From positions 5,508-69,507 of the IMG/VR virus record IMGVR_UViG_3300021375_000025: 64,000 nucleotides of DNA; one strand, written 5' to 3'. This document shows, piece after piece, positions 12,301 to 20,854 of this stretch. Source of the DNA: a virus. A program made the translations under genes and the position numbers. How positions within the stretch are numbered: the stretch's first letter is position 1; each line of letters opens with the position of its first letter. Under the pieces are notes generated by a model. The model was not told where the DNA came from. It did no database searches and saw nothing but the letters and a program-made list of their open reading frames with translations.

Positions 12301-13488
12301 TATAACGCAATGGCTGAAGCATTTGATGGCAACTTTTGGGATCCATCAGGATATCAAAGTCCATCAAACGCTTGGAAGACAGATCCAGATGCATTTGAAG
12401 TAGCAGTCAAAGAATACTTGTACTTGCTAAACTTCTGTATGTTTGATTATTCAAGTCTATGGGATGGTGAAAGTCTTGCTCCAGAATGGAGTGATAGTCT
12501 AAAAACTCCAGCAGGTATACTAGCAAACAATCCTTTAGGTTATGCGTTGTTTAATGCAAACATCGCCGATGTAATTAGTAAGCCATCTTTGGCAACTATT
12601 AGAACAATATTCCAAGACGGTGACTTAGGCGATCCAACAGTCGCAGGCGCATCGGGATATAGTGCAGATGCACCAATTTCATTAACTGGCGACTTTACAG
12701 TTAGTTCAAACACTGCTACACTTGAAATCAACACAGCAAAAGATGGAATCACTGATGGTGATAAAACACTTGCACTTGCGCTAGACAATGGTGAAGCATC
12801 AACAAACGTTAGTATTACAGATTCAAGTCAAAATGTTGGTCCAACTTACTATGCTTATCCAGATGGCCAATCTATCAACGAAGGTAGTGCTCTAACAATA
12901 AATGTCGTAACAACAGATGTAACAGATGCAACTACACTTTATTGGAGTGTTACAGAAGCTGGCGACTTTGGCGCATCAACTGGTAGCTTTACAATCACAG
13001 GCAATACAGGTTCATTTACAGTGACTCCGACATCTGATCTGACAACTGAAGGTGCAGAAACTTTCCAGGTTCAAATTAGAATTGGTAGCGTAAGTGGTAC
13101 AATTGTAGATACAACTAATCCAATTACAATTAACGATACTAGTACAACTCCTACATTTACGCCAGACTACACAATCACTGTAACAAACGCGGGCAACAGT
13201 TATACGCTTTCAGGTACAGATAGAAATGGTGCAGTAAGTGGGTCGCAACCAACACTGGCATTTAACAGTGGTGATAATGTAAGATTTAATGTAGATGCAG
13301 GTACAGCAAGTGCGCATCCATTCTACATTAAAACTTCACAAAGTACAGGCACTGGCAATCAAGTGTTGGGTGTTACCGGGGCAGGTACAACACAACTAGA
13401 TTGGACAACCGCTACTGACGGCGCCGGATCATACGGTTATCAGTGTTCGATACACTTAGGCATGTGGAATACTATTACAATTACGTAA
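9400..13488 (+). CDS. Subtilisin-family (S8) serine protease fused to Ig/Calx-beta-like repeats, an inserted zincin-like domain and a C-terminal cupredoxin-like domain
   Basis: Catalytic triad motifs DVVIMDSG, DGHGTHVAGT and SGTSMAAPQVAG; oxyanion AAGN; repeated (V/I)NEGS...DxTTEGAETF modules; C-terminal HPFYI...YQCSIHLGM. Confidence 0.9.
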   Translation: MSEKEYIVSLNKGVDYEAFNQEMIAATGAGDIPRRSVDVANARLSSNRNTHYSLTDAEAETLSNDPRVYGVTLLPDLDPDIGIGFDTAQTGDFTKTTLDRGDFLNWGMRRMNEALNPYVGVNVTGSYNYTLDGTGVDVVIMDSGLQIDHPEFQDANGVSRVVELDWTTASGIVGMPAQSVNYYRDFDGHGTHVAGTATGKTYGWAKNAKIYSLKLSGLEGEGDSGTGTSATYAFDCIKEWHKAKPIDPATGAKRPTVVNMSWGYLRFYDTVVSMTYRGTSKTGTDIDSTSKRWAFGLPPTNNGVRYTTNVRIPSVDVDMEELIDAGVHVMVAAGNRSHKVDIVGGADYDNLLVANTGSVNYQRGSSPYSVNAHIVGNVDSNINAGGLEQKAASSEAGPGVSVFAPGTDIMSAMSTTNKFGATTINNPYPANSSFLINNISGTSMAAPQVAGMTALWLQLNPGATPAQALAFVNTTAKTTALYDTDSPATDYTDTRSLLGATNRFAFNKFNSATQLTMGTVAEAVAPGAVATYSLSSSAASVNEGSSVTITLTTTNVANGTSVGYLISGIESGDISESLTGNFTVTGNTATATFNIIADATTEGVQTMLLSLIGISESVSVTVNDTSTTPLVPAYAVSPAATNVNEGSALVFNVTTTNVSDATTLYWSVTNAGDFSTSTGSFTITSNAGSFSVTPTADTTTEGAETFTASVRTGSVSGTIVATSSTVTINDTSTTPGGSESYSLAVSSSSLQEGEKTTFTLTTANVADATSVPYTITGVTSSDLNTGPRASGTVGNTVGYGSNFFTREVRTAGIRLVSAGSVGGQTAVPDAFIEKVARMFQLFTDSAGAGINAGKQNQMIETLLGNTTSYHSPKPTIQRIARGAGGDYTPNFLDDAGIRFWGLEPLFDETVANDMVWYLNSSGTPGTGDEDAQEVIEHVFHTLHMHGIDAVTLKMYPTLSADWATSDLYNAMAEAFDGNFWDPSGYQSPSNAWKTDPDAFEVAVKEYLYLLNFCMFDYSSLWDGESLAPEWSDSLKTPAGILANNPLGYALFNANIADVISKPSLATIRTIFQDGDLGDPTVAGASGYSADAPISLTGDFTVSSNTATLEINTAKDGITDGDKTLALALDNGEASTNVSITDSSQNVGPTYYAYPDGQSINEGSALTINVVTTDVTDATTLYWSVTEAGDFGASTGSFTITGNTGSFTVTPTSDLTTEGAETFQVQIRIGSVSGTIVDTTNPITINDTSTTPTFTPDYTITVTNAGNSYTLSGTDRNGAVSGSQPTLAFNSGDNVRFNVDAGTASAHPFYIKTSQSTGTGNQVLGVTGAGTTQLDWTTATDGAGSYGYQCSIHLGMWNTITIT

Positions 13489-13498
13489 GGAAACTTAG

Positions 13499-14287
13499 AT
13501 GGCAAAACAGATTATTAATATAGGGTCAGGTCAAAATGAAGGTGACGGCGGCCCTATTAGACTTGCGTTTGAAAAGATTAATAGTAACTTTAACGAGCTT
13601 TATGACGGCACTGTTCAAACGCTTACACTAGTTGGTACCACACTTAGTATTAGCGGCGGCAATCAAGTTACACTTGACGATGTCTTCGAAGGCGGATTAA
13701 CTGCTGATTTAACTGGTAGTGTGTTTGCAGATGATAGTACATTACTAGTAGATGGTGTGAATGGTAAGATTGTTGGCGATATACAAAACAACTTAATTGA
13801 AACAAATAATATCACAGCACTACCAGGAGACACTGATTTATACATTCAAGGTGGAATTGATAGTGGTACTCCAGGTAACCCTGCAAGAGTAAACATAGGT
13901 ACTACCAACACAAGCACTATTATATTAGGAGCAAGTGATTCATTAATTTATGTTAATGGCAACGATGACAGTATTATTGGCGGCGGCACAGGTATCTTTG
14001 GTACTATCACAGGCGACTTAACCGGTAGTGTATTTGGCGATGATAGTACATTACTAGTAGATGGTGTGAATGGTGTTATACCTTATCCTGCACATGCTGG
14101 AGTATCTTGGGACGGCTTACGTCCTGAAACAGTTGCCGATGCATTGGATAGATTGGCATCATATACGCAAGACTTTGCTGTAGGCACAGCAAGTGATTGG
14201 AGTGGAACTCCGCCTACTACTATTATCGAAGCAATTGATAGATTGGCTACTTTAGTTAAAACATTAAACGGCGGCACAGGAGCATAA
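13499..14287 (+). CDS. Structural protein with a gp9/gp10-like N-terminus and DDST repeats
   Basis: MAKQIINIGSGQNEGDGGPIRLAFEKINSNFNELY; two GSVFxDDSTLLVDGVNG repeats, nearly identical at DNA level. Confidence 0.7.
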   Translation: MAKQIINIGSGQNEGDGGPIRLAFEKINSNFNELYDGTVQTLTLVGTTLSISGGNQVTLDDVFEGGLTADLTGSVFADDSTLLVDGVNGKIVGDIQNNLIETNNITALPGDTDLYIQGGIDSGTPGNPARVNIGTTNTSTIILGASDSLIYVNGNDDSIIGGGTGIFGTITGDLTGSVFGDDSTLLVDGVNGVIPYPAHAGVSWDGLRPETVADALDRLASYTQDFAVGTASDWSGTPPTTIIEAIDRLATLVKTLNGGTGA

Positions 14288-14288
14288 C

Positions 14289-15017
14289 ATGGCAGTACAA
14301 TTAATTAATATCGGCAATGTTGCCAACGACGGCACAGGTGATGATCTTCGTGAAGCAATGATCAAAATTAATACAAATTTTGAAGAATTAGATTTACGTG
14401 ATGATGAACAAACTACTGCTAGTAATTTAGGCGATACTGGAGAAGGATTATTTTTTCAAAGAAACAGTTACGACTTAGAGTTTAAAAAGATCAGTGCAGG
14501 TTCAAACATAACACTAACTGCCGATGATAATAAAATTGTAATTGCTGCTGATAGTGGAGTTAGCGATCTAACAATTACTGCTGACACTGGCAATGTTGTA
14601 CTAGACGATAGCGCAGCATTAACTATATCAGGCGGCTCTGAAATCAGCACAACCATTGTAGGCGGTGTACTTACTGTTGCGTATACAGGTGTTACAGACT
14701 TAGTATCAGATCTATCTCCGCAACTGAGTGCAGACCTAGATGCACAAGCAAACAACTTATTAAATGTAGGAACTATTACTACAACTGGAATCAATGGCCC
14801 TGTAACAGGTAATGTAACAGGTAATGTAACTGGCAACGTAACTGGCTTAGTACACGGTATTGACATACGAACATATCTTGCAGCAGATGCAGCAGACTTT
14901 GGAAATATAACTCCTACTGTATCTAATATACTTGATTATATTGTTTATAATACTGATATAGAATGGGGATCGATTGTTGCACCTAATGCTGCTACATTTG
15001 ACCTAGGCTCTCTGTAA
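14289..15017 (+). CDS. Structural protein with a gp9/gp10-like N-terminus
   Basis: MAVQLINIGNVANDGTGDDLREAMIKINTNFEEL closely resembles the T4 gp10 N-terminus. Confidence 0.75.
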   Translation: MAVQLINIGNVANDGTGDDLREAMIKINTNFEELDLRDDEQTTASNLGDTGEGLFFQRNSYDLEFKKISAGSNITLTADDNKIVIAADSGVSDLTITADTGNVVLDDSAALTISGGSEISTTIVGGVLTVAYTGVTDLVSDLSPQLSADLDAQANNLLNVGTITTTGINGPVTGNVTGNVTGNVTGLVHGIDIRTYLAADAADFGNITPTVSNILDYIVYNTDIEWGSIVAPNAATFDLGSL

Positions 15018-15028
15018 TAAATTTTTCC

Positions 15029-15036
15029 GATAAATA
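15029..15036 (+). promoter_or_regulatory. T4-like late promoter (GATAAATA)
   Basis: Intergenic motif upstream of 15060. Confidence 0.7.
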
Positions 15037-15059
15037 CGTTGTATTAAGGAAACTCATTA

Positions 15060-18000
15060 ATGTTAGATTTATGGAACGTTGCAACTGGAACAAAACTAAA
15101 AACTATTATTGAACGATCTTCAGTAAACATACTATTACCTCTTGCAAATGGTATAGTTGCTGACATAGAACTTATTAGTGGTAGTATTCCAACAGGCACA
15201 CGATTAGAAAATAGTATAATAACAGGAACTGTGTTTGAAGTTGCTTATGATACAATATTTACGGCTGTATTTAGAGCAACTACTGATGACGGATTTCAAG
15301 ATTGCACTATAGAATTTATAGTTACTGGGCCTGATAGCCCAACATGGCAAACTAATGAAGGATTGTTAGCTGTAGGTTCGAATAACAGTCTGTTTATCCT
15401 TGATAATGAAATTATTGATTATCAATTAGTAGCAACTGATACAGATTTGAGTGCAGGCGATGAGCTTAGTTATTTTATTGCAGATGGAGACGGTGTATTA
15501 CCTCCAGGTATTACACTAAGTGATACTGGTAAACTACAAGGTACTACAGAGCCGCTTCTTAGTTTAGATAAAAGGTACACTGGCGGACAATACGATAGTG
15601 CGCCGTACGCTGGACTACCTATGGATTATACTGTACTAAGTTCAAATGGTTACGGTAGTTTTTATTATGATACTGTTGATTTTGATTATAACGAGCCAAC
15701 AGCAAATTTAAGAAAATTAAATAGATATTATCCGTTTGCTGTTACAGTTACAGACGGCGAGAATTTTGTTCGTAGAGAATTTAAGATTTATCTTGTAGGC
15801 GATGATTATCTAAAAGCAGATAACACTATTATGCAAGCAAGTACAGGCGTATTCACAGCGGATAACACAGATGTGAGAACACCAGTTTGGATTACTCCTC
15901 GTGATTTAGGATTTAAACGTGCTAATAATTATACAACAATATATTTAGAAATTGTCGACAACTGGACACTAGAAGGTGTTGTAGTTTATACTCTTGAAGA
16001 TGTTAATGATGATGGCACTCCGAGCGAATTGCCGCTAGGAATGGCACTAGACAGTCAAACAGGCGAAGTAGTTGGACGTATTCCTTATCAGACTGCTATT
16101 ACACAAGATTACAAATTTACAGTAAGAGCAACACGTATTACAACAGATTTAGATACAGTTACAATATTTGCAAACTATTACGAAGATGTCTTATTAGGAA
16201 ATTCTAGTTTTAAAATTAACAAAATTGATTTAACTGGCGACATAGACGGTACTAATGACCTATTTGAATTAGTTGGTAAAAAGATTCTGTTAGGTAAAAG
16301 ACAATATACAGTTATTAATGTTGATGACCGAAATGTAGATTATGATGTAATATTTGTAAATGAAACTCTTGCACCAAACATCAATTTATTATTAAGTCAA
16401 ACTGCACAAATTGGTCAAGACCATATGTTTGTTGCTCGATTAAATGAAGCAGACAAATCAAAGTATCAAGGTAGAACATTAACATTTTCAAATACCGAAT
16501 CGTATAATATAAACGGATTTACTCCCTACATTGAATGGCAAATTACGCAAACTACAGAAAATAATCCAATTTTACCTGCTAATGCACCTAGAGTGATTGA
16601 AGTAAACACAAATTATTATGTTGGTGATTACGTTGTTAACACTGTTGAAACTGGCGGCGACGGAAAAATATATCAATGTACAGTGTCTCATTCGGTTGCA
16701 TCACAAAAAGACGAGTTTGGTGATGATGTACTATCTAATGGAATTATACAAATAAATTTTATAGGTACAAACTGGAATGAAGTTGCAGAAACATTAGAAG
16801 GACTTAATGTAAATGACAGAGTTACAGCTACTAAACAGTCACTTGAAGCAGAATACAATGGTACTGCATATATTACAGTAGTTGACAGTTTAAATTGGAG
16901 AGTAAGAGTTCCTAGTACTGCATATTCAAGAATTAAAACAAATATACAGGCATTTTTTAGTAGTGAAGATAGCAGTAATGTTATTGCAACACTAATACGC
17001 GACAACGAAGATAAAATAACACTTAGTACAAATTTAAGCTCACAGTTAAATAATGGCAGAAATATTGGTATTGCGTTATTTGAAAAAGATAGTTTTTTCA
17101 AAAATATAATTGTTGCTGCAAATGACGAAGTTGATATACCTAGTACAGTTAAGACATTTGAAATACGTGTAATTGGCGAAATTGATTCAAATATCAAATG
17201 GATATCACCAAGCGACTTAGGATTTATTAATGCTAACTTTACAAGCACTTTAAAATTAATTGCTGAAACAACTGTACCAGATACTGCTATGATTTATACA
17301 CTTAAATCTGGTAAATTGCCATTTGGATTGACACTTGCTTATGATGGTGAAATTATCGGTGCAGCTAGACAATATGGCACAGTCGATGACCCTGGATTAA
17401 CTATATTTGAAAACAAAACAGTTACGTGGGACGGATCACTTCCAGGTGACACTACGTTTGACAGAAACTATAAATTTACAGTTGAAGCAAGGGATAGATT
17501 TAACTACACTGCAATTGAACGAGAGTTTACTCTAAAAGTTGCAGACTTAGATAATACACAGTATACTGACATTTATATGCGTCCGATGTTATCTGCAAAA
17601 CAAAAAAGATATTACAAAGACTTTATAAGTAATCCAGAAGTATTTACACCTGAAAAAATTTATAGATCTAGCGATTCCACTTTTGGAGTTCAAAAGAATT
17701 TAGATATGCTTGTTTATGCAGGAGTCGAAGCAGTGTCAATAGATAAGTTTATTGCAGGGGCTGCAAAAAATCATAAGCGTAAAAAATATATATTAGGGGA
17801 AATTAAAAGTGCTGTTGCAAAAGAGTCAGCTACAAGTGATACTATATACGAAGTGGTATACATAGAAGTTAAAGACCCAGCAAATTCAACTACCGGCAAT
17901 AAAACCGCTACTAGTTTTAAAACGGTAAGCAAAGAAAAGATTACAGTCGATAGTGTACAATATGCAGTAATTGACGATACAACTAGATTCAGAGCAGGCT

Positions 18001-18569
18001 ACAATGAATTAGCTGTGTATACTAGAAATACTGTGCGTTTTGTTTTTAGTGATTTAGACGAAATAACAATCGAAACTAGAACAACAAATGATCAAGAACT
18101 AAATGTAGATAATCAAGATTTTGAAATCACTGTTAGAGATGGCGGAACAGTTGAAATTGAATTACAAAAAGGTGACAGCGAACCATATCGTTTTAGACCT
18201 AAGACTAATACTATTAAAACAGATAGTAATGCAATCAATGTTAGTCAGTCAACTGACTCAATTAAATATATATCTAGTATAGATAATATGAGAGCTAATA
18301 TTAAAACTATCGGAGACGAGGAACGTTATTACTTACCCTTATGGATGCGCACTGCACAAGAAGGATTTCAAGAATTAGATTATGTAACTGCGATACCGAT
18401 TTGCTATTGCAAGCCGGGTGAATCAAAAAATATAATGAATAACATTAAAAACTACGGATTTGATCCAAAAACAATTAACTACGATATAGACAGATATATC
18501 GTGAAACGAACTGAAAATTCCGATGTCGAAAAATTTGTCCTGTTCGCAAATTACCAATTCAACGTATGA
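15060..18569 (+). CDS. Large virion protein with putative Ig (He_PIG-like) domains, probably a baseplate component
   Basis: Repeated (S)GxLPxG(L/I/M)xL.xxG.(I/L)xG Ig motifs and Y(K/P)F(T/A)V strands; located in the structural block. Confidence 0.65.
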   Translation: MLDLWNVATGTKLKTIIERSSVNILLPLANGIVADIELISGSIPTGTRLENSIITGTVFEVAYDTIFTAVFRATTDDGFQDCTIEFIVTGPDSPTWQTNEGLLAVGSNNSLFILDNEIIDYQLVATDTDLSAGDELSYFIADGDGVLPPGITLSDTGKLQGTTEPLLSLDKRYTGGQYDSAPYAGLPMDYTVLSSNGYGSFYYDTVDFDYNEPTANLRKLNRYYPFAVTVTDGENFVRREFKIYLVGDDYLKADNTIMQASTGVFTADNTDVRTPVWITPRDLGFKRANNYTTIYLEIVDNWTLEGVVVYTLEDVNDDGTPSELPLGMALDSQTGEVVGRIPYQTAITQDYKFTVRATRITTDLDTVTIFANYYEDVLLGNSSFKINKIDLTGDIDGTNDLFELVGKKILLGKRQYTVINVDDRNVDYDVIFVNETLAPNINLLLSQTAQIGQDHMFVARLNEADKSKYQGRTLTFSNTESYNINGFTPYIEWQITQTTENNPILPANAPRVIEVNTNYYVGDYVVNTVETGGDGKIYQCTVSHSVASQKDEFGDDVLSNGIIQINFIGTNWNEVAETLEGLNVNDRVTATKQSLEAEYNGTAYITVVDSLNWRVRVPSTAYSRIKTNIQAFFSSEDSSNVIATLIRDNEDKITLSTNLSSQLNNGRNIGIALFEKDSFFKNIIVAANDEVDIPSTVKTFEIRVIGEIDSNIKWISPSDLGFINANFTSTLKLIAETTVPDTAMIYTLKSGKLPFGLTLAYDGEIIGAARQYGTVDDPGLTIFENKTVTWDGSLPGDTTFDRNYKFTVEARDRFNYTAIEREFTLKVADLDNTQYTDIYMRPMLSAKQKRYYKDFISNPEVFTPEKIYRSSDSTFGVQKNLDMLVYAGVEAVSIDKFIAGAAKNHKRKKYILGEIKSAVAKESATSDTIYEVVYIEVKDPANSTTGNKTATSFKTVSKEKITVDSVQYAVIDDTTRFRAGYNELAVYTRNTVRFVFSDLDEITIETRTTNDQELNVDNQDFEITVRDGGTVEIELQKGDSEPYRFRPKTNTIKTDSNAINVSQSTDSIKYISSIDNMRANIKTIGDEERYYLPLWMRTAQEGFQELDYVTAIPICYCKPGESKNIMNNIKNYGFDPKTINYDIDRYIVKRTENSDVEKFVLFANYQFNV

Positions 18570-18573
18570 CATC

Positions 18574-18581
18574 GATAAATA
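18574..18581 (+). promoter_or_regulatory. T4-like late promoter (GATAAATA)
   Basis: Intergenic motif upstream of 18600, followed by an AGAGGA RBS. Confidence 0.7.
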
Positions 18582-18599
18582 TATTAAAGAGGAATTAAC

Positions 18600-19190
18600 A
18601 TGGCCAGCAACATTATAAGCGGAACTATTGACGGAGCATATCCAGTAGCAGGTGTCGACAACGATACGCAAGGCTTTCGTGACAACTTTACAATTATTAA
18701 AACAGGATTAGCAACAGCAGCTAGTGAAGTAACTGCTCTTCAAGCTAACACTGCTAAATTAAATGTATCTAATGATTTTAACGGAACAGATATTACAGAT
18801 GCTAACTTTTCGTTAAACACAGAAAAATACCATAACATTGGTACAGTTATTACAGGGCAAAACATTAGTTTTCTAAATGGACATTACCAGAGTGCAACTA
18901 TTAACTTATCTGAAGGAGTCGGAACTATTAATTTTGCACTAGCAGATTGGCCAGAACGTGATCATGTTGCTAAAATGACAGTGCAGTTATTTGGTAATGA
19001 CACTGCTAAAACTGTAACTTTTACAGTTGATGGCGGCGGCACTATTAAATATAACGCAGATTATCCTAGAGTGGCCAGCATTGCAACTGCTACAGTAGAT
19101 AGTAGTACTGATCCTGTTATCATTGATTTTTGGACATATAATCAAGGCACAACTGTATACGCAGAATACAGAGGACGGTTTGAAGACTAA
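18600..19190 (+). CDS. Putative structural protein
   Basis: 196 aa; N-terminus YPVAGVDNDTQGFRDNF..IK then a coiled coil; late promoter and RBS. Confidence 0.65.
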   Translation: MASNIISGTIDGAYPVAGVDNDTQGFRDNFTIIKTGLATAASEVTALQANTAKLNVSNDFNGTDITDANFSLNTEKYHNIGTVITGQNISFLNGHYQSATINLSEGVGTINFALADWPERDHVAKMTVQLFGNDTAKTVTFTVDGGGTIKYNADYPRVASIATATVDSSTDPVIIDFWTYNQGTTVYAEYRGRFED

Positions 19191-19429
19191 TGCTTAACCC
19201 ACTAGTTGATAGTTTAGCAGATCTATCTATAAACGAATTAGAAGACAAAATAGTTGTGCTCCAGCGCAGATACTTTATGACTGCAAATCTTGGAGTACAA
19301 TCTCAAATTACAAATTTCTTAGAAATTTATAAAGAAGAATTACACACACGCCGAATGATCGAATATCAGCGCCAAAAAGATCAAGATAATAGCGGATCAG
19401 GACTTGACAATCTCATAAATGTAAGTTAA
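19190..19429 (+). CDS. Hypothetical protein (79 aa, helical)
   Basis: Coupled to the upstream stop (TAATG). Confidence 0.7.
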   Translation: MLNPLVDSLADLSINELEDKIVVLQRRYFMTANLGVQSQITNFLEIYKEELHTRRMIEYQRQKDQDNSGSGLDNLINVS

Positions 19430-19432
19430 AAT
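19404..19432 (+). promoter_or_regulatory. Sigma70-type promoter TTGACA-N17-TAAAAT, embedded in the 3' end of the upstream ORF
   Basis: TTGACA at 19404-19409 and TAAAAT at 19427-19432; the ATG at 19439 lies at the expected start site. Confidence 0.65.
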
Positions 19433-19438
19433 AAGTGT

Positions 19439-19996
19439 ATGCTTATGAAAACAGATGAACTCGGTATCTTACGATTTACAAACAAAGACTTAATTAACAT
19501 GATCTATTCAGGTCATGCGGATAAGGTGCATGTGGTATTATGTAGCGAATCCGATGAAATAGACAAATTCAATGTCGCTATGGAAGAACAAGGCTTTGAC
19601 AAACTACAAAAGTATATCCCATTAGATGTAGATCAAAAGACTTTTGACGGTGTATGTCAAAGTGAATGGTTTATGCCTGACAAATATAAAGAACTTGATA
19701 TAGGTGCAGATATAATGTCACGCTTAATACACAAGTTAAACATTATTGATGCTTACGAAATGCAAGAAACAGTAGAATGGACTAGAGTTTGCGAAGAACT
19801 CGAAGCGTTTATAGAACGCGGTATGGAAAATCTTCTACGCTATATGGTGTATCTTGTGGACTTTATGCGTGAAAATAACATAGTGTGGGGTGTAGGACGT
19901 GGATCAAGTGTAGCAAGTTATGTGCTGTATTTGATCGGTGTTCACAGAATTAATTCAATCCAATATGACCTGGATTGGAGAGAGTTCCTGAGATAA
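19439..19996 (+). CDS. dnaE: DNA polymerase III alpha (DnaE)-like fragment, N-terminal part of the palm
   Basis: R...EL......G...Y...LVDFMRENNIVWGVGRGSSVASYVLYLIGVHRINSIQYDLDWREFL matches the DnaE GPGRGSAAGSLVAY.LGIT.IDP..Y.L.FERFL motif; only 185 aa. Confidence 0.8.
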   Translation: MLMKTDELGILRFTNKDLINMIYSGHADKVHVVLCSESDEIDKFNVAMEEQGFDKLQKYIPLDVDQKTFDGVCQSEWFMPDKYKELDIGADIMSRLIHKLNIIDAYEMQETVEWTRVCEELEAFIERGMENLLRYMVYLVDFMRENNIVWGVGRGSSVASYVLYLIGVHRINSIQYDLDWREFLR

Positions 19997-19999
19997 GTA
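19992..19999 (+). promoter_or_regulatory. T4-like late promoter (GATAAGTA)
   Basis: Overlaps the dnaE-fragment stop; upstream of the AAGGAG RBS and ATG 20024. Confidence 0.6.
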
Positions 20000-20023
20000 A
20001 GTATATAATTAAAGGAGACATAT

Positions 20024-20440
20024 ATGTCAAAGGTATCACAAGCTAAAAAACAACACAGAAGTATGCGTGGAAAACAAGTAGACATGGATCTGCTTAGAAA
20101 ACGCAATGAACTAACACCAGCAGTAGGTAATGCTCGTGTAAATGCACGTGGCGACGAATTAGGACCAGGTGGTCAAATTATTAAAAGTCGTGAAGATGTT
20201 GTTGCAGAACATTATGCAACAGCAGGCACAGCAGCAGAATCTACAGGTAGAACATCAGTACCAGTAGCCGACGAGCCTGAAGTTGTAGCAGTAGCAGAAC
20301 AGCCTGTTAAAAAAACAGTAACACGTACTACTAAAAATTCAGCTTTGCCAGCAGAAGTAGCAGCTGAAGAAGCAGCATTAGATGCTGATGAAGAATGGAT
20401 CGAAGACGATGACGGCAATTTTGTAAAAAAAGGTGAATAA
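20024..20440 (+). CDS. Hypothetical protein (basic N-terminus, acidic C-terminus)
   Basis: Strong AAGGAG RBS; AVGNARVNARGDELGPGGQII core. Confidence 0.75.
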   Translation: MSKVSQAKKQHRSMRGKQVDMDLLRKRNELTPAVGNARVNARGDELGPGGQIIKSREDVVAEHYATAGTAAESTGRTSVPVADEPEVVAVAEQPVKKTVTRTTKNSALPAEVAAEEAALDADEEWIEDDDGNFVKKGE

Positions 20441-20844
20441 TGTCTCAAAATTTAAACGCAATTAAAGGAACTCCTCGAGCTAAAGGTGAAGATGTCCTAG
20501 TGAGTGATATGGTCTTTGGCGAACAAGTTACACAAGGTGGAATTATTCTTACATCAGATGATGGAAAAACTAGAGGAATTTATCCACGTTGGGCTAAAGT
20601 TTACTCTGTAGGACCAAACAATAAAGATACTGAATTTAATGTAGGTGACTGGGTATTAATTAAACACGGACGCTGGACTCGAGGACTAAAACTTCAAACA
20701 GCCGATGGCGAAATTGAAATGCGTAAAGTTGAATTAGAAAGTATTTTAGCAGTATCTTCTGAAAGGCCAGATGGCACACAAATAGGCGCAGAATTTGCAG
20801 ACGGTGAACACGCAACTATTGATCCATCATCATTTTTAAAATAA
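20440..20844 (+). CDS. groES: GroES-like co-chaperonin
   Basis: TQGGIIL mobile-loop motif, KVYSVGP, VGDWVL and ESILAV match the Cpn10 pattern. Confidence 0.8.
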   Translation: MSQNLNAIKGTPRAKGEDVLVSDMVFGEQVTQGGIILTSDDGKTRGIYPRWAKVYSVGPNNKDTEFNVGDWVLIKHGRWTRGLKLQTADGEIEMRKVELESILAVSSERPDGTQIGAEFADGEHATIDPSSFLK

Positions 20845-20854
20845 GGCAAAAAAC

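Noticed and set aside
19439-19996. DnaE fragment as an intein-split or intron-interrupted gene
   Set aside because: No intein N-terminal (C/S-start) block at the end, no continuation in another frame, and no homing endonuclease or intron-like sequence follows.
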